Positions 25,999 to 34,868 of a DNA stretch of 64,000 nt are shown piece by piece. The first letter of the stretch is position 1; each line of letters opens with the position of its first letter. Source of the DNA: an uncultured Dehalococcoidia bacterium (GTDB taxonomy: Bacteria > Chloroflexota > Dehalococcoidia > Lucifugimonadales > Australimonadaceae); the NCBI GenBank assembly GCA_964560025.1, contig CAZLKC010000007.1, positions 7,365 through 71,364 of the forward strand, in the 5' to 3' direction. The position numbers were made by a program, and so were the translations under genes. The notes beneath the pieces were generated by a model. That model was given only the letters and a program-made list of their open reading frames with translations, was not told where the DNA came from and made no database searches.

Positions 25999-27165
25999 AT
26001 GAAGCAGCGCCTGCAAGACATCTGGCACCACAAACGCTCCCGCTACACGGCCGTCAATCTGGCGGTGGGGGCACTGGGCGGCGTTGTCGCCGGATACGTC
26101 GCCTACTCCATCGCGGTCAACTTCTTCGACTTCGCTTTCCTGTCGGCGCCGTACGGGAGCCCCGACCGCAGCTCGATTTTCCAGGCGCTGAACATCGAGG
26201 GAAACGACCCGCGCTGGCTGGGGATGCTGAAGGGGGCGGGGAACACGCTGTCGGTGGTGGGGTTCGCCATCGTCTCGGCGTCGCTGCTGGGGCTGGCCAT
26301 CGGCGTGGCGCGGTTGACAGCGCATCCGCTGATGAACGCGCTGGGCAATCTGTACGTGCAGACGTTCAGGAATCTGCCCTTGCTGCTCATCATGTTCTTC
26401 TTCGCCTTCGCGGTGTTCCGGTCGCTGCCGCATATCGACGCGCGGTCGGGCGTGGGGGGCGTGGTCTACCTGAGCAACCGGGGATTGGCGCTGCCGTGGC
26501 TGGAGGCGGCGAGCTCGCTGTGGACGTTGTGGGTGCTGGCGCTGGCGGCGGGCGCGGCGCTGGCGTGGTTCGCGCGGCGTTGGCGCTTGCGGGAGGAGTT
26601 GCGCACGGGCCGGAGCCTGCACCCGAACACGTGGGGCGTCTGCGTCTTCCTGTTCGTTGCGGTCGCCGCCTACCTTGCGCTGGGGGCGCCGGTGCGGGTG
26701 ACGCTGCCTGAGGTAGCTCAGTCGGCCTCCGGCTTCTACACCTACGAGGGCGGGAACGTGCTGGGGCTGGGCTATATGAGCGCGTTCATCTCGTTGACGC
26801 TCTACTTCAGCGCGTTCATCGCGGAGATCGTGCGGGGGTCGATTCAGGCGGTGCCGCACGGGCAGGTGGAGGCAGGGGCATCGTTGGGGTTGTCTCCGTA
26901 TCAGCGCTTCACGCTGATCGTCCTGCCGCAGGCGCTGCGCATCATGATTCCGCTGCTGAACAACGAATACCAGAACACGAACAAAGACTCGACGCTGGCG
27001 CACGCGATCGCCTACGGCGAGATCGTGCTCATCTCCAACCGGATCGTGAACAACGCGGGCAACCTGCTGCAGACCTACATCTTCATCTTCTTCGTGTTCG
27101 TGCTGACGAATCTCATCATCTCTCTGGTGATGAACAGCATCAATAAGAGCGTGCGCATCCGATGA
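25999..27165 (+). CDS. aapQ: Amino-acid ABC transporter permease (AapQ-like)
   Basis: 388 aa polytopic membrane protein with the HisM/GlnP-type EAA loop region (...AEIVRGSIQAVPHGQVEAGASLGLS..Q...IVLPQALR). Confidence 0.85.
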   Translation: MKQRLQDIWHHKRSRYTAVNLAVGALGGVVAGYVAYSIAVNFFDFAFLSAPYGSPDRSSIFQALNIEGNDPRWLGMLKGAGNTLSVVGFAIVSASLLGLAIGVARLTAHPLMNALGNLYVQTFRNLPLLLIMFFFAFAVFRSLPHIDARSGVGGVVYLSNRGLALPWLEAASSLWTLWVLALAAGAALAWFARRWRLREELRTGRSLHPNTWGVCVFLFVAVAAYLALGAPVRVTLPEVAQSASGFYTYEGGNVLGLGYMSAFISLTLYFSAFIAEIVRGSIQAVPHGQVEAGASLGLSPYQRFTLIVLPQALRIMIPLLNNEYQNTNKDSTLAHAIAYGEIVLISNRIVNNAGNLLQTYIFIFFVFVLTNLIISLVMNSINKSVRIR

Positions 27166-28508
27166 TCGAGGCGCTGCCGAACGCCTCCGCCTTGTCGCGG
27201 CGCGCGGCCTACGCGCGGGCGCGGCTGTTCAACACGCGGATGAACACGGCGCTGAGCGTCGCGGCCATCGTCGTGGGAAGCGTGCTGGTGTTTCTGCTGG
27301 CGCGGTTCATCCTGTTCGAGGGTAACTGGGGCCTGGTGGCCATCAACCGCAAGCTGTTCTTCGTTGGCAGCTACCCGCCGGACGAGGCGTTCCGCATCTG
27401 GATAGCGGTGTTCATGACCGCCGTGCTGGCGTCGGTGTCCTACGGGCTTTGGGGCGGCAAGCTGCGCCCCTACGCGATAGCCATCGGCATCGTGGCGCTG
27501 CTGATCCTCACCTTGGGGCTCGGGACGGAGTTGCGCATCGAGGAGCGCCCATACTCGGAGGAGATTCAGTCGTCGTCGGGGGAGACGACGGTGGTGAGCG
27601 GAGTGGAGCGGGAGTTGGTGTTCGACCGGGGTTGGGCGCCGGCGTGGCTCTACGCGGTGTCGCTCGGGCTGGCGCTGCCCTTCGGGACGCCGTGGGTGCT
27701 GCTGGCGGCGGTGTTCGCGGTGCTCGTCCTGGGCGCGATGGCGGGGCGGCGGCTGACGCGGTGGAAGACGAACCCCATCCTGCTCCAATCGATGGGCGCA
27801 GCGTGGGTGCTGCTGGTGCCGGTGGTGGTGCTGCTGCAGACGGGCGTGGGCGCCGACAAGTGGGAGAGCGCCTTCCTCGACCTGCTGGTGTTCGCAATCG
27901 GGGGGTTCTTCTCTTTCATCATCGGGGTGTTCCTTGCGCTGGGGCGGCGGTCGCCCTACCGAGCGATCAGCGTGGCATCGGTCACCTACATCGAGGTGGT
28001 GCGGGCGGCGCCGCTGCTGGTGTGGCTGCTGTTCGCCACCTTCTTGGAAGACGAGTTGGGGCCCGTAGGCGAGGCGTTCAGCAATATCTCGCTGGCCTAC
28101 CGAATGATGGTCGTGTTCGCCTTCTTCGGCGGGGCGTACATCGCCGAGGTGGTGCGCGGCGGCTTGCAGTCGATACCGCGCGGGCAGTACGAGGCGGCGG
28201 ACGCGATGGGCCTTTCGCCGGTGCAGAAGTACGCGCTGATCATCCTGCCGCAGGCGATCCGGGCGGTGGTGCCGGCCATCATCGGGCGGTTCATCGCGCT
28301 GTGGAAGGACACCGCGCTGCTGGCGGCGGTGTCGCTGGTGAACACGTTGGAGAAGGCGAAGAAGGTGCTGGGCGGGCAGACGGACATCGCCGAGGGCGCA
28401 TTCTTCGAAATCTACATCATCGTGGGGCTTGTCTACTGGCTCGTCTCCTACCTGCTCTCGCGCCTGGGCGGGGCGGCGGAGTCGCGCCTGCGGGGGGGCG
28501 CGCGGTAG
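27162..28508 (+). CDS. aapM: Amino-acid ABC transporter permease (AapM-like, long N-terminal membrane extension)
   Basis: ATGA overlap with the aapQ stop. Motif: ...[40 protein letters not shown]. Confidence 0.85.
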   Translation: MIEALPNASALSRRAAYARARLFNTRMNTALSVAAIVVGSVLVFLLARFILFEGNWGLVAINRKLFFVGSYPPDEAFRIWIAVFMTAVLASVSYGLWGGKLRPYAIAIGIVALLILTLGLGTELRIEERPYSEEIQSSSGETTVVSGVERELVFDRGWAPAWLYAVSLGLALPFGTPWVLLAAVFAVLVLGAMAGRRLTRWKTNPILLQSMGAAWVLLVPVVVLLQTGVGADKWESAFLDLLVFAIGGFFSFIIGVFLALGRRSPYRAISVASVTYIEVVRAAPLLVWLLFATFLEDELGPVGEAFSNISLAYRMMVVFAFFGGAYIAEVVRGGLQSIPRGQYEAADAMGLSPVQKYALIILPQAIRAVVPAIIGRFIALWKDTALLAAVSLVNTLEKAKKVLGGQTDIAEGAFFEIYIIVGLVYWLVSYLLSRLGGAAESRLRGGAR

Positions 28509-28536
28509 GGGCGAACGGGGGAGCAGGAGCGGAGCA

Positions 28537-29289
28537 ATGGCAATCGACAGCAAGCGGGAGATCGTGCGGCTGGAGAAGGTTACGAAGCGGTTCGGCGACT
28601 TCACGGCGCTGAACGGCGTGGACATCTCGGTTGCGGAGGGCGAGGTGGTGGCCATCATCGGGCCGTCCGGCTCGGGCAAGTCGACGCTGCTGCGCACCAT
28701 CAACCAGCTGGAGCCGCATGACGAGGGGCGCATCTTCTTCGACGGGACGGAGTTGACGGACGACGGCCGGACGCTGGCGAAGATACGCGCGGAGACGGGG
28801 ATGGTGTTCCAGCAGTTCAACCTGTTCCCGCACCTGACGGTGCTGCGCAATATCACGCTCGCGCCGCAGAAGGTGCGCCACCTGCCGGAGAAGGAGGCGG
28901 AGGAGCGCGCGCGCCAGTTGCTCGACCGCGTGGGCATCACGGAGCAGGCGGATAAGTACCCCGGCCAGCTGTCGGGCGGGCAGCAGCAGCGCGTGGCCAT
29001 CGCGCGGGCGCTGGCGATGGGCCCGAAGTTGATGATGTTCGACGAGCCGACCTCGGCGCTCGACCCGGAGATGATCAACGAGGTGCTGAAGGTGATGACG
29101 GAGTTGGCGGCGTCGGGCATGACGATGATCTGCGTAACGCACGAGATGGGCTTCGCGCGCAACGCAGCCAACCGCGTCATCTTCATGGACGAGGGCGAGA
29201 TCGTGGAGATCGGGACGTCGGCGGAGTTCTTCACGACTCCGCGCGAGCCGCGGACGAAGTTGTTCCTGGATCAGATACTGACGCACTAG
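28537..29289 (+). CDS. aapP: Amino-acid ABC transporter ATP-binding protein (AapP/GlnQ-like)
   Basis: From ATG 28537: Walker [10 protein letters not shown], signature [15 protein letters not shown], Walker [13 protein letters not shown]. Confidence 0.92.
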   Translation: MAIDSKREIVRLEKVTKRFGDFTALNGVDISVAEGEVVAIIGPSGSGKSTLLRTINQLEPHDEGRIFFDGTELTDDGRTLAKIRAETGMVFQQFNLFPHLTVLRNITLAPQKVRHLPEKEAEERARQLLDRVGITEQADKYPGQLSGGQQQRVAIARALAMGPKLMMFDEPTSALDPEMINEVLKVMTELAASGMTMICVTHEMGFARNAANRVIFMDEGEIVEIGTSAEFFTTPREPRTKLFLDQILTH

Positions 29290-29310
29290 GGCGCCCTGCC
29301 CTGCCCTAGC

Positions 29311-29342
29311 GTCAGCCCTTCGATCTTCCTCAGGGCGGACGG
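29311..29342 (+). repeat. Module A copy (diverged)
   Basis: gtcagcccttcgatcttcctcagggcggacgg. Confidence 0.7.
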
Positions 29343-29484
29343 GGGGAAGCGATAGGGCAACGGGGAGAGCGGTCAGGCACGCGCCTTGTTCTGAGCGGGG
29401 GCGGGGCGGGTAGTCCATAATGGGGGCTTGCGGCCTTGCGCGGGCGTTTCGGCGGCGGAGCGCGGGGCGGCGGAGGCTAACCCG

Positions 29485-30273
29485 ATGGCGGCGACGGCGC
29501 CTATCCTTCAGGTGCAGGACGTGGTGAAGGACTTCGACGGCTTGCGCGCCGTCGATCACTGCACGTTCGACGTTTGGCCCGACGCGATAACGGGGCTGAT
29601 TGGGCCGAACGGCGCGGGCAAGACGACGCTCTTCAATCTGTTGTCCGGGGCGCTCGCGCCGACCGGCGGGCGTATCATCTTCGATGGGCGGCGCATCGAT
29701 GGGATGGGGATGCACGAGACGTTCGGGCTGGGCCTGGTGCGGACGTTTCAGATACCGCGCGAGATGGCGCGGATGACGGTGCTGGAGAACCTGATGCTGG
29801 TTCCGGCGCCGCAGGTGGGCGAGCGGCTGTGGGCTTCGTGGCTGACGCCGTGGCGCGTGGCGCGGCAGGAGCGCCGCATCGAGGCGCAGGCGCTGGAGGC
29901 GCTGGAGTCGGTCTCGCTTTCGCACTTGGCCAATGAGTACGCGGGGAATCTGTCGGGCGGCCAGAAGAAGCTGCTGGAGTTGGCGCGGACGCTGATGGCG
30001 GAGCCGAAGTTGGTGCTGCTGGACGAGCCGGGGGCGGGAGTGAACCGCACGCTGTTGCGGAGCATCGCGTCGAACATCCTGCGGGCGAGCGCAGAGCGCG
30101 GGGTGGGGTTCATCATCATCGAGCACGACATGCAGTTGGTGATGGCGCTGTGCGACCCCATCGTAGTGATGGCCAACGGCTCAGTGATAGCGCAAGGGAC
30201 GCCGTTGCAGGTGCAGCAGGACGCGCGCGTGCTGGAAGCCTACTTGGGGGGCCAGGTTCATGGCGCTGCTTGA
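29485..30273 (+). CDS. livG: Branched-chain amino-acid ABC transporter ATP-binding protein (LivG-like)
   Basis: From ATG 29485: ILQVQDVVKDFDGLRAV, GPNGAGKTT, LSGGQKKLLELARTLM, LVLLDEPGAGV. Confidence 0.9.
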   Translation: MAATAPILQVQDVVKDFDGLRAVDHCTFDVWPDAITGLIGPNGAGKTTLFNLLSGALAPTGGRIIFDGRRIDGMGMHETFGLGLVRTFQIPREMARMTVLENLMLVPAPQVGERLWASWLTPWRVARQERRIEAQALEALESVSLSHLANEYAGNLSGGQKKLLELARTLMAEPKLVLLDEPGAGVNRTLLRSIASNILRASAERGVGFIIIEHDMQLVMALCDPIVVMANGSVIAQGTPLQVQQDARVLEAYLGGQVHGAA

Positions 30274-30973
30274 GGCGTCGGAGGTGGTGGCGGGCTACGG
30301 CGAGACGGAGGTGCTGCACGGCGTGTCCATAGCGGTGGACGAGGGAGAGGTGGTCACCATCATCGGGCCGAACGGCTGCGGCAAGTCGACGCTGATGAAG
30401 GCATTGGTGGGGCTGGTGCGCGTGCGGTCGGGCGGCGTCGCCTTCCGGGGCGCGTCCATCGCGGGGCTGCCGCCGGAGCGGATCGTGCGGACGGGCCTGT
30501 GCTACGTGCCGCAGACGAACAACGTGTTCCCGTCGCTGACGATTCGGGAGAACCTGGAGATGGGCGCATTCGTGCGGGAGGGCGGCTACCGCGAGCGTAT
30601 GGAGGAGATGTTCGCGCTCTTTCCCGACCTGACGCTCCAGCCGAACCGTAGGGCGGGCAGCCTGTCCGGGGGGCAGCGGCAGATGCTGGCTATCGCCCGC
30701 GCGTTGATGCTGGACCCCGTGTTGCTGCTGCTGGACGAGCCGTCGGCGGGGCTGGCGCCGGCGATGGTGAGCACGGTGTTCGAGCGCATCCGCGAGGTGA
30801 ACCGCGCGGGCGTGGCGGTGCTGCTGGTGGAGCAGAACGCGCGGGAGGCGCTGCGGATGTCCGACCGTGGCTATCTGCTGGTGGCGGGGGAGAACCGCCT
30901 CGAGGCGGCGGGGCGCGAGTTGCTGGACGACCCCGACGTGGCGCGGTTGTACCTGGGGGGCAGGGCGACGTGA
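30260..30973 (+). CDS. livF: Branched-chain amino-acid ABC transporter ATP-binding protein (LivF-like)
   Basis: GPNGCGKST, LSGGQRQMLAIARALM, LLLLDEPSAGLAP. It overlaps the livG end. Confidence 0.9.
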   Translation: MALLEASEVVAGYGETEVLHGVSIAVDEGEVVTIIGPNGCGKSTLMKALVGLVRVRSGGVAFRGASIAGLPPERIVRTGLCYVPQTNNVFPSLTIRENLEMGAFVREGGYRERMEEMFALFPDLTLQPNRRAGSLSGGQRQMLAIARALMLDPVLLLLDEPSAGLAPAMVSTVFERIREVNRAGVAVLLVEQNAREALRMSDRGYLLVAGENRLEAAGRELLDDPDVARLYLGGRAT

Positions 30974-32001
30974 GGGCGGCGGCTCTGCGGGAGGCGGCGC
31001 GGCGCGTCCGCCCGTCGTGGTGGTCGCCGCTGCACACGGTGGCGTTGATCGTGCTCGTGGCGCTGCTGGCGGGGCTGCTCCCGTTCGTGAAGATGAGCCT
31101 GGTGGTGAACGGGTTGGTGCTGGCGAGCATCATCGGCTTGGGCGCAATCGGCCTGACGCTCATCTACGGCATCCTGAACATGGCCAACGTGGCCCACGGC
31201 GACTATATGACGCTGGGCGCGTACGTCGCGCTCTTCTTCGCGGGAACGCTGATTCCCGCGCTGGGCGCGGAGGGCGGCGGGATAGGCCCGTTCACCTTCG
31301 GCTACCCGCTGCTGGTGGCGATGCCGTTGTCCATCGCCGCGGTGGCCGCGTTCGCGGTGGCGGTCGACCGCCTCATCTACCGTCGGCTGCGCGAACGCGG
31401 CGTGAATGTCGTGCTGGTGTCTATGGCGTCGCTGGGGGTCGCCATCGCCTTGCGCGGACTGGTGCAATTGATCTGGAGCGGCGACGTGCAGCGCCTGCCT
31501 CGGGAGTCGCGCGAGGTGTGGCATCTGCCGATGGACGTGCGCGTGCCGCCCGATTCGCTCTTCATCGCCATCGTGGCCATCGCGCTGGTTGCAGCGACCT
31601 ACCTGGTGCTGAGCCGCACGAAGATGGGGAAGGCGATGCGCGCGACAGCGGACAACCCCAGCCTGGCGTTGGTGAGCGGCATCAGCACGCAGCGGGTGAT
31701 CCGGTGGACGTGGGTGATGGGCGCGGCGCTGGCGGCGACGGCGGGCGTGCTGCTGGCGGTATTCCAGGCCAACATCATCCCCATTATGGGGTGGAAGTTC
31801 CTGATTCCGTTGTTCGCGGCGGTCATCCTGGGGGGCATCGGCAGTCCCTACGGCGCATTGGCGGGGGCGCTCATCATCGGCGTTACGATGGAGGTCTCGA
31901 CGCAGTGGATCAATCCGAGTTACAAGCCGGCGGCGGCGTTCGCGCTGATGCTGCTGGTGCTGCTCGTGCGCCCGCGCGGACTGTTCGGGCCTAGGCAGTA
32001 G
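30970..32001 (+). CDS. livH: Branched-chain amino-acid ABC transporter permease (LivH-like)
   Basis: 343 aa polytopic protein. GTGA-type overlap with livF; the motif ...NMANVAHGDYMTLGAY... is typical of LivH. Confidence 0.85.
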   Translation: MRAAALREAARRVRPSWWSPLHTVALIVLVALLAGLLPFVKMSLVVNGLVLASIIGLGAIGLTLIYGILNMANVAHGDYMTLGAYVALFFAGTLIPALGAEGGGIGPFTFGYPLLVAMPLSIAAVAAFAVAVDRLIYRRLRERGVNVVLVSMASLGVAIALRGLVQLIWSGDVQRLPRESREVWHLPMDVRVPPDSLFIAIVAIALVAATYLVLSRTKMGKAMRATADNPSLALVSGISTQRVIRWTWVMGAALAATAGVLLAVFQANIIPIMGWKFLIPLFAAVILGGIGSPYGALAGALIIGVTMEVSTQWINPSYKPAAAFALMLLVLLVRPRGLFGPRQ

Positions 32002-32019
32002 CGGAGTAAGGAGGCGGGC

Positions 32020-33021
32020 GTGGAGTTGCTGGGCATCGTGGACTACATGGTGGGGTTCGCCATTATGGCGGGCATCTACGCCGTGTTCGCGCTGGGGCTG
32101 AACGTCCACTGGGGATTCACGGGCCTGTTCAACATCGGCATCGCGGGGTTCTTCGCGCTGGGGGCGTACACCGCCGCGCTGCTGACGACCTCGTCGCCCG
32201 ACCCGGCGCAGTTCGAGGACTTCGCGTTCGCGGGGAACTGGTCAAACCTGCCTTTCTTGGACTGGGGAGTGGACGCGTGGTACGTGATGGGGCTCGTAGC
32301 GGCGGCGTTGTGCTGCGGGCTGGTGGCGCTGCCGATAGGGTACGTGACGCTGCGCCTGCGCGACGACTACTTGGCGATAGCGACGCTGGGCATCGCAGAG
32401 ACGGTGCGGCTGGTGTTTCTGAACGAGAAATGGCTCGCCAACGGCTCGAAGGGGCTGTACCGCATTCCCGAGTTCCTGGGCGACGTCGTATCCCCCGGCG
32501 CCTACGACTACCTGTACTTGCCTGTGGTGCTGGTCGTGTTAGCTGTGGTGTTCGCGGCGGTGCAGACGGCGGTGCGCTCGCCGTGGGGGCGCGTGCTGCG
32601 TGCGATACGGGAGGACGAGACGGCGGCGGCGGCCAGCGGGAAGGACGTGTTCCGCTTCAAACTGCAGGCGTTCGTGCTGGGGGCGATGATTATGGGCGTT
32701 GGCGGGGCGCTGTTCGCGCACCACGTGCGCTTTCTCGCGCCCATCACGTTCGACCCGTTGCTGGCGACGTTCGTGATATGGGCGATGCTGATGGTGGGCG
32801 GTTCGGGGAACAACCGGGGCGCGGTGCTGGGCGCGTTCGTAGTGTGGGGGATATGGAGCGGGACGCAGTTCCTGCCCGGCCCGTTGGGCGAGCCGAGCTT
32901 CCGCCTCTTGATGATCGGCGTGCTGATCGTAGGCGTGATCGTGCTGCGGCCGGGGGGCATGCTGGGCGAGGAGCGGCGCACTGCGCGGACCGCGCAGCCG
33001 GGGGCGGCGGGCGAGGGGTAG
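32020..33021 (+). CDS. livM: Branched-chain amino-acid ABC transporter permease (LivM-like)
   Basis: 333 aa polytopic protein with ...GFTGLFNIGIAGFFALGAYTAA... and ...REDE.AAAA.G.DVF..K... patterns. Confidence 0.85.
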   Translation: MELLGIVDYMVGFAIMAGIYAVFALGLNVHWGFTGLFNIGIAGFFALGAYTAALLTTSSPDPAQFEDFAFAGNWSNLPFLDWGVDAWYVMGLVAAALCCGLVALPIGYVTLRLRDDYLAIATLGIAETVRLVFLNEKWLANGSKGLYRIPEFLGDVVSPGAYDYLYLPVVLVVLAVVFAAVQTAVRSPWGRVLRAIREDETAAAASGKDVFRFKLQAFVLGAMIMGVGGALFAHHVRFLAPITFDPLLATFVIWAMLMVGGSGNNRGAVLGAFVVWGIWSGTQFLPGPLGEPSFRLLMIGVLIVGVIVLRPGGMLGEERRTARTAQPGAAGEG

Positions 33022-33029
33022 AGGAGAAC

Positions 33030-33063
33030 GGGGCGGCCTCTTGGGAGGCCGCCCCGCTTTGGT
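33030..33063. terminator. Bidirectional intrinsic terminator between convergent livM and the SBP gene
   Basis: ggggcggcctc-ttgg-gaggccgcccc (11-bp perfect stem) followed by gctttggtt. Confidence 0.65.
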
Positions 33064-33088
33064 TCGGCTGTGGCGCGCGCTTGGGGTG

Positions 33089-34414
33089 CTAGGGCAGTTC
33101 GAACCTACCGGTGGATTGGATCTGGCCGTCGAGGACGGCCCAAATCTCGATGGTGCCGGTGACGTCGCCGTTCTCGTCGAACTCGATCTCGCCGCCGACG
33201 CCGTTGTAGTTGATGTCTTCGCCGTCGGCGATGAGTTGGAGCGCCTTGGCGATCTGGTCGCGGCCGGGGCCGATGACCTCGCCGGGGGCGTTGGCGACGG
33301 CGCGGAGGGAGTCGCGGATCTTGGCGGCGTCGGTGTTGGTTCCGGCGTGCGCGGCGGCGAGCGCCATCAGGACGGCGGCGTCGTAGTGCTCGCCCATAAA
33401 GGGGTGGGACGGCGGGAAGCCGTAGTTCTCGATGTAGGAGTCCGTGAAGGCGGACTTCTGCGGCGTGTCGGGGCCTCCCTGAGCGGTGCCGAGGGTTCCG
33501 TCCAACGCCTCCCACGCGTTGATGCCGTCGATCCACTCGGCGCCCTTGACGCCGTCGACGAAGAGGAAGGTGTCGGCGTAGCCGCCTTCGAGCGCCTCGC
33601 GGACGTAGACCTCGGCGTGGCCGGTGTAGCTCATAGCGGCAAGGGCGTCGGGGTTGCCTTCGGTGGCGCGAGTGAGTTCGGAGGCGTAGGTGGGCTGGGC
33701 GTCCTCGTGCGGGACGGAGGCGGACACCGTGCCGCCGAGCTCCTCGAACGACTTGGTGAACTGGGCGGCGAGGCCCTCGCCGTAGGCGTTGTTGACGTAG
33801 AGGATGCCGACGGTGTCGTAGCCCTGCTCGCGGGCGACGCGCGCCAGCACGACGCCTTGGGAGGCGTCGGAGGGGGTGGTGCGGAAGAGGAGGTCGTTGT
33901 CGTCGAGCACGGTGATGCTGGGGGCAGTGGAGGCGCCGGAGATGAGCAGCACGCCTCGCGGGATGGTTACGGCTTGGGCGGCGGCGATGGTTACGCCGCT
34001 GGAGAGGGCGCCGACGATGCCGACGACGTTCTCCACGTCAACGAGGGCGCGGGCGGCGTCGACGCCCATCGTGGGGTTGACGCCGGTGTCGCGGCTGACA
34101 ATGCGCATAGGCTGGCCGTTGACGCCGCCAGCGTCGTTCACGTGATCCGCCGCCAACTGGACGGAGTTGCGCAGGGGCTGGCCAAACTCGGCGAGGGCGC
34201 CGGTGAAGGCGTTGAGGTTGCCGACGATGAGCGGCTGGTCTTCCTCGCTGGGGCCGGGCGGAGTGGCAGGGGTCGCAGTCGGCGTCGCTGTCGCTATCGG
34301 CGCAGGGGTGGGCGTGGGCGTCGGGTCGGGGTCGCCGCAAGAGAGGGCAGCGGCGGCGATGAGCGCCAAGGCAATGGTCAAGGCGACGGCGGTTAGTCGA
34401 GAGCGGCGGCCCAT
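33089..34414 (-). CDS. Branched-chain/hydrophobic amino-acid ABC transporter substrate-binding lipoprotein (LivK/LivJ family)
   Basis: 441 aa. Lipobox (AAALSCG), Pro/Thr-rich linker, then a type-I periplasmic binding fold pattern (IVGALSSGVT..., GYDTVGILYVNNAYGEGL). Confidence 0.85.
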   Translation of the reverse strand: MGRRSRLTAVALTIALALIAAAALSCGDPDPTPTPTPAPIATATPTATPATPPGPSEEDQPLIVGNLNAFTGALAEFGQPLRNSVQLAADHVNDAGGVNGQPMRIVSRDTGVNPTMGVDAARALVDVENVVGIVGALSSGVTIAAAQAVTIPRGVLLISGASTAPSITVLDDNDLLFRTTPSDASQGVVLARVAREQGYDTVGILYVNNAYGEGLAAQFTKSFEELGGTVSASVPHEDAQPTYASELTRATEGNPDALAAMSYTGHAEVYVREALEGGYADTFLFVDGVKGAEWIDGINAWEALDGTLGTAQGGPDTPQKSAFTDSYIENYGFPPSHPFMGEHYDAAVLMALAAAHAGTNTDAAKIRDSLRAVANAPGEVIGPGRDQIAKALQLIADGEDINYNGVGGEIEFDENGDVTGTIEIWAVLDGQIQSTGRFELP

Positions 34415-34525
34415 TCGTTCCTCCCGTAGGCGGACGGCGTGAGGCCTGTCCGCGCTGCTATTGGCATTATACGCAGCGGCGCAAGGCGCGCCCAGCGCGC
34501 CAGTTCTGCAAAGACCGCGCAGGAC

Positions 34526-34645
34526 GTCCCATTGTGTCTCATTTTGTCCGATTTACGGCGGAGACGTTCGGGGTTTTCAGGACGAAATGGGACGATTCGC
34601 GTCCGAGGTGGGACAATTCGAGACGACAATGGGACATTTGGGGAC
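34526..34645. promoter_or_regulatory. Two divergent arrays of AATGGGAC-like boxes upstream of the Liv SBP gene
   Basis: Plus strand: GTCCCATT / GTCTCATT / GTCCGATT at 34526, 34536 and 34546, with an exact 10-bp period (AATGGGAC-like on the minus strand). Then TGGGAC at 34588, 34609 and 34630, with an exact 21-bp period inside three 21-bp tandem units. A further GGGAC sits at 34641. Confidence 0.55.
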
Positions 34646-34761
34646 GGAAGGAGGGGGTGGCGCGGCGGGGGGCGGGTGCAGGTTCATCGTGTGCATGATA
34701 GCACGAATGTTCTGTATGGCAATGGACGGATGGCATAAGGAAGCGGCGGCGAGTCGCCCTG

Positions 34762-34866
34762 CCTTGTGCGCGTCGGGGCGGGTCTTGAGTTGTGGGGCGC
34801 CGTACGCCGAGATTCCTGCCTCCGCAGGAACGACGAAGAAAGAGGCGGGGACGGCGGATTGGGGGG
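34762..34866 (+). repeat. Intergenic repeat: module D, B hairpin, two tail units
   Basis: ...gcgcgtcggggcgggtcttgagttgtggggcgccgtacgccgagattcctgcctccgcaggaacgacgaagaaagaggcggggacggcggattgggggg. Confidence 0.8.
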
Positions 34867-34868
34867 CG

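Noticed and set aside
27075-30126. Very long antisense ORFs (27075..29234 at 719 aa and 28417..30126 at 569 aa). Similar cases are 30871..32109, 42209..43861, 52251..53774, 56855..59272 and 6884..8131.
   Set aside because: Their translations are Arg/Pro/His/Ala-rich low-complexity strings, typical of open non-coding frames in ~70% GC DNA. Each lies opposite a gene with clear family motifs (ABC transporter, methyltransferase, guaA, TRAP permease, tal-pgi).
24846-34414. Two complete amino-acid ABC importers side by side (Aap-like and Liv-like) as an unusual system
   Set aside because: Both have canonical composition and order. The convergent SBP gene and the post-SBP attenuator hairpin are common arrangements, so nothing here needs a novel explanation.
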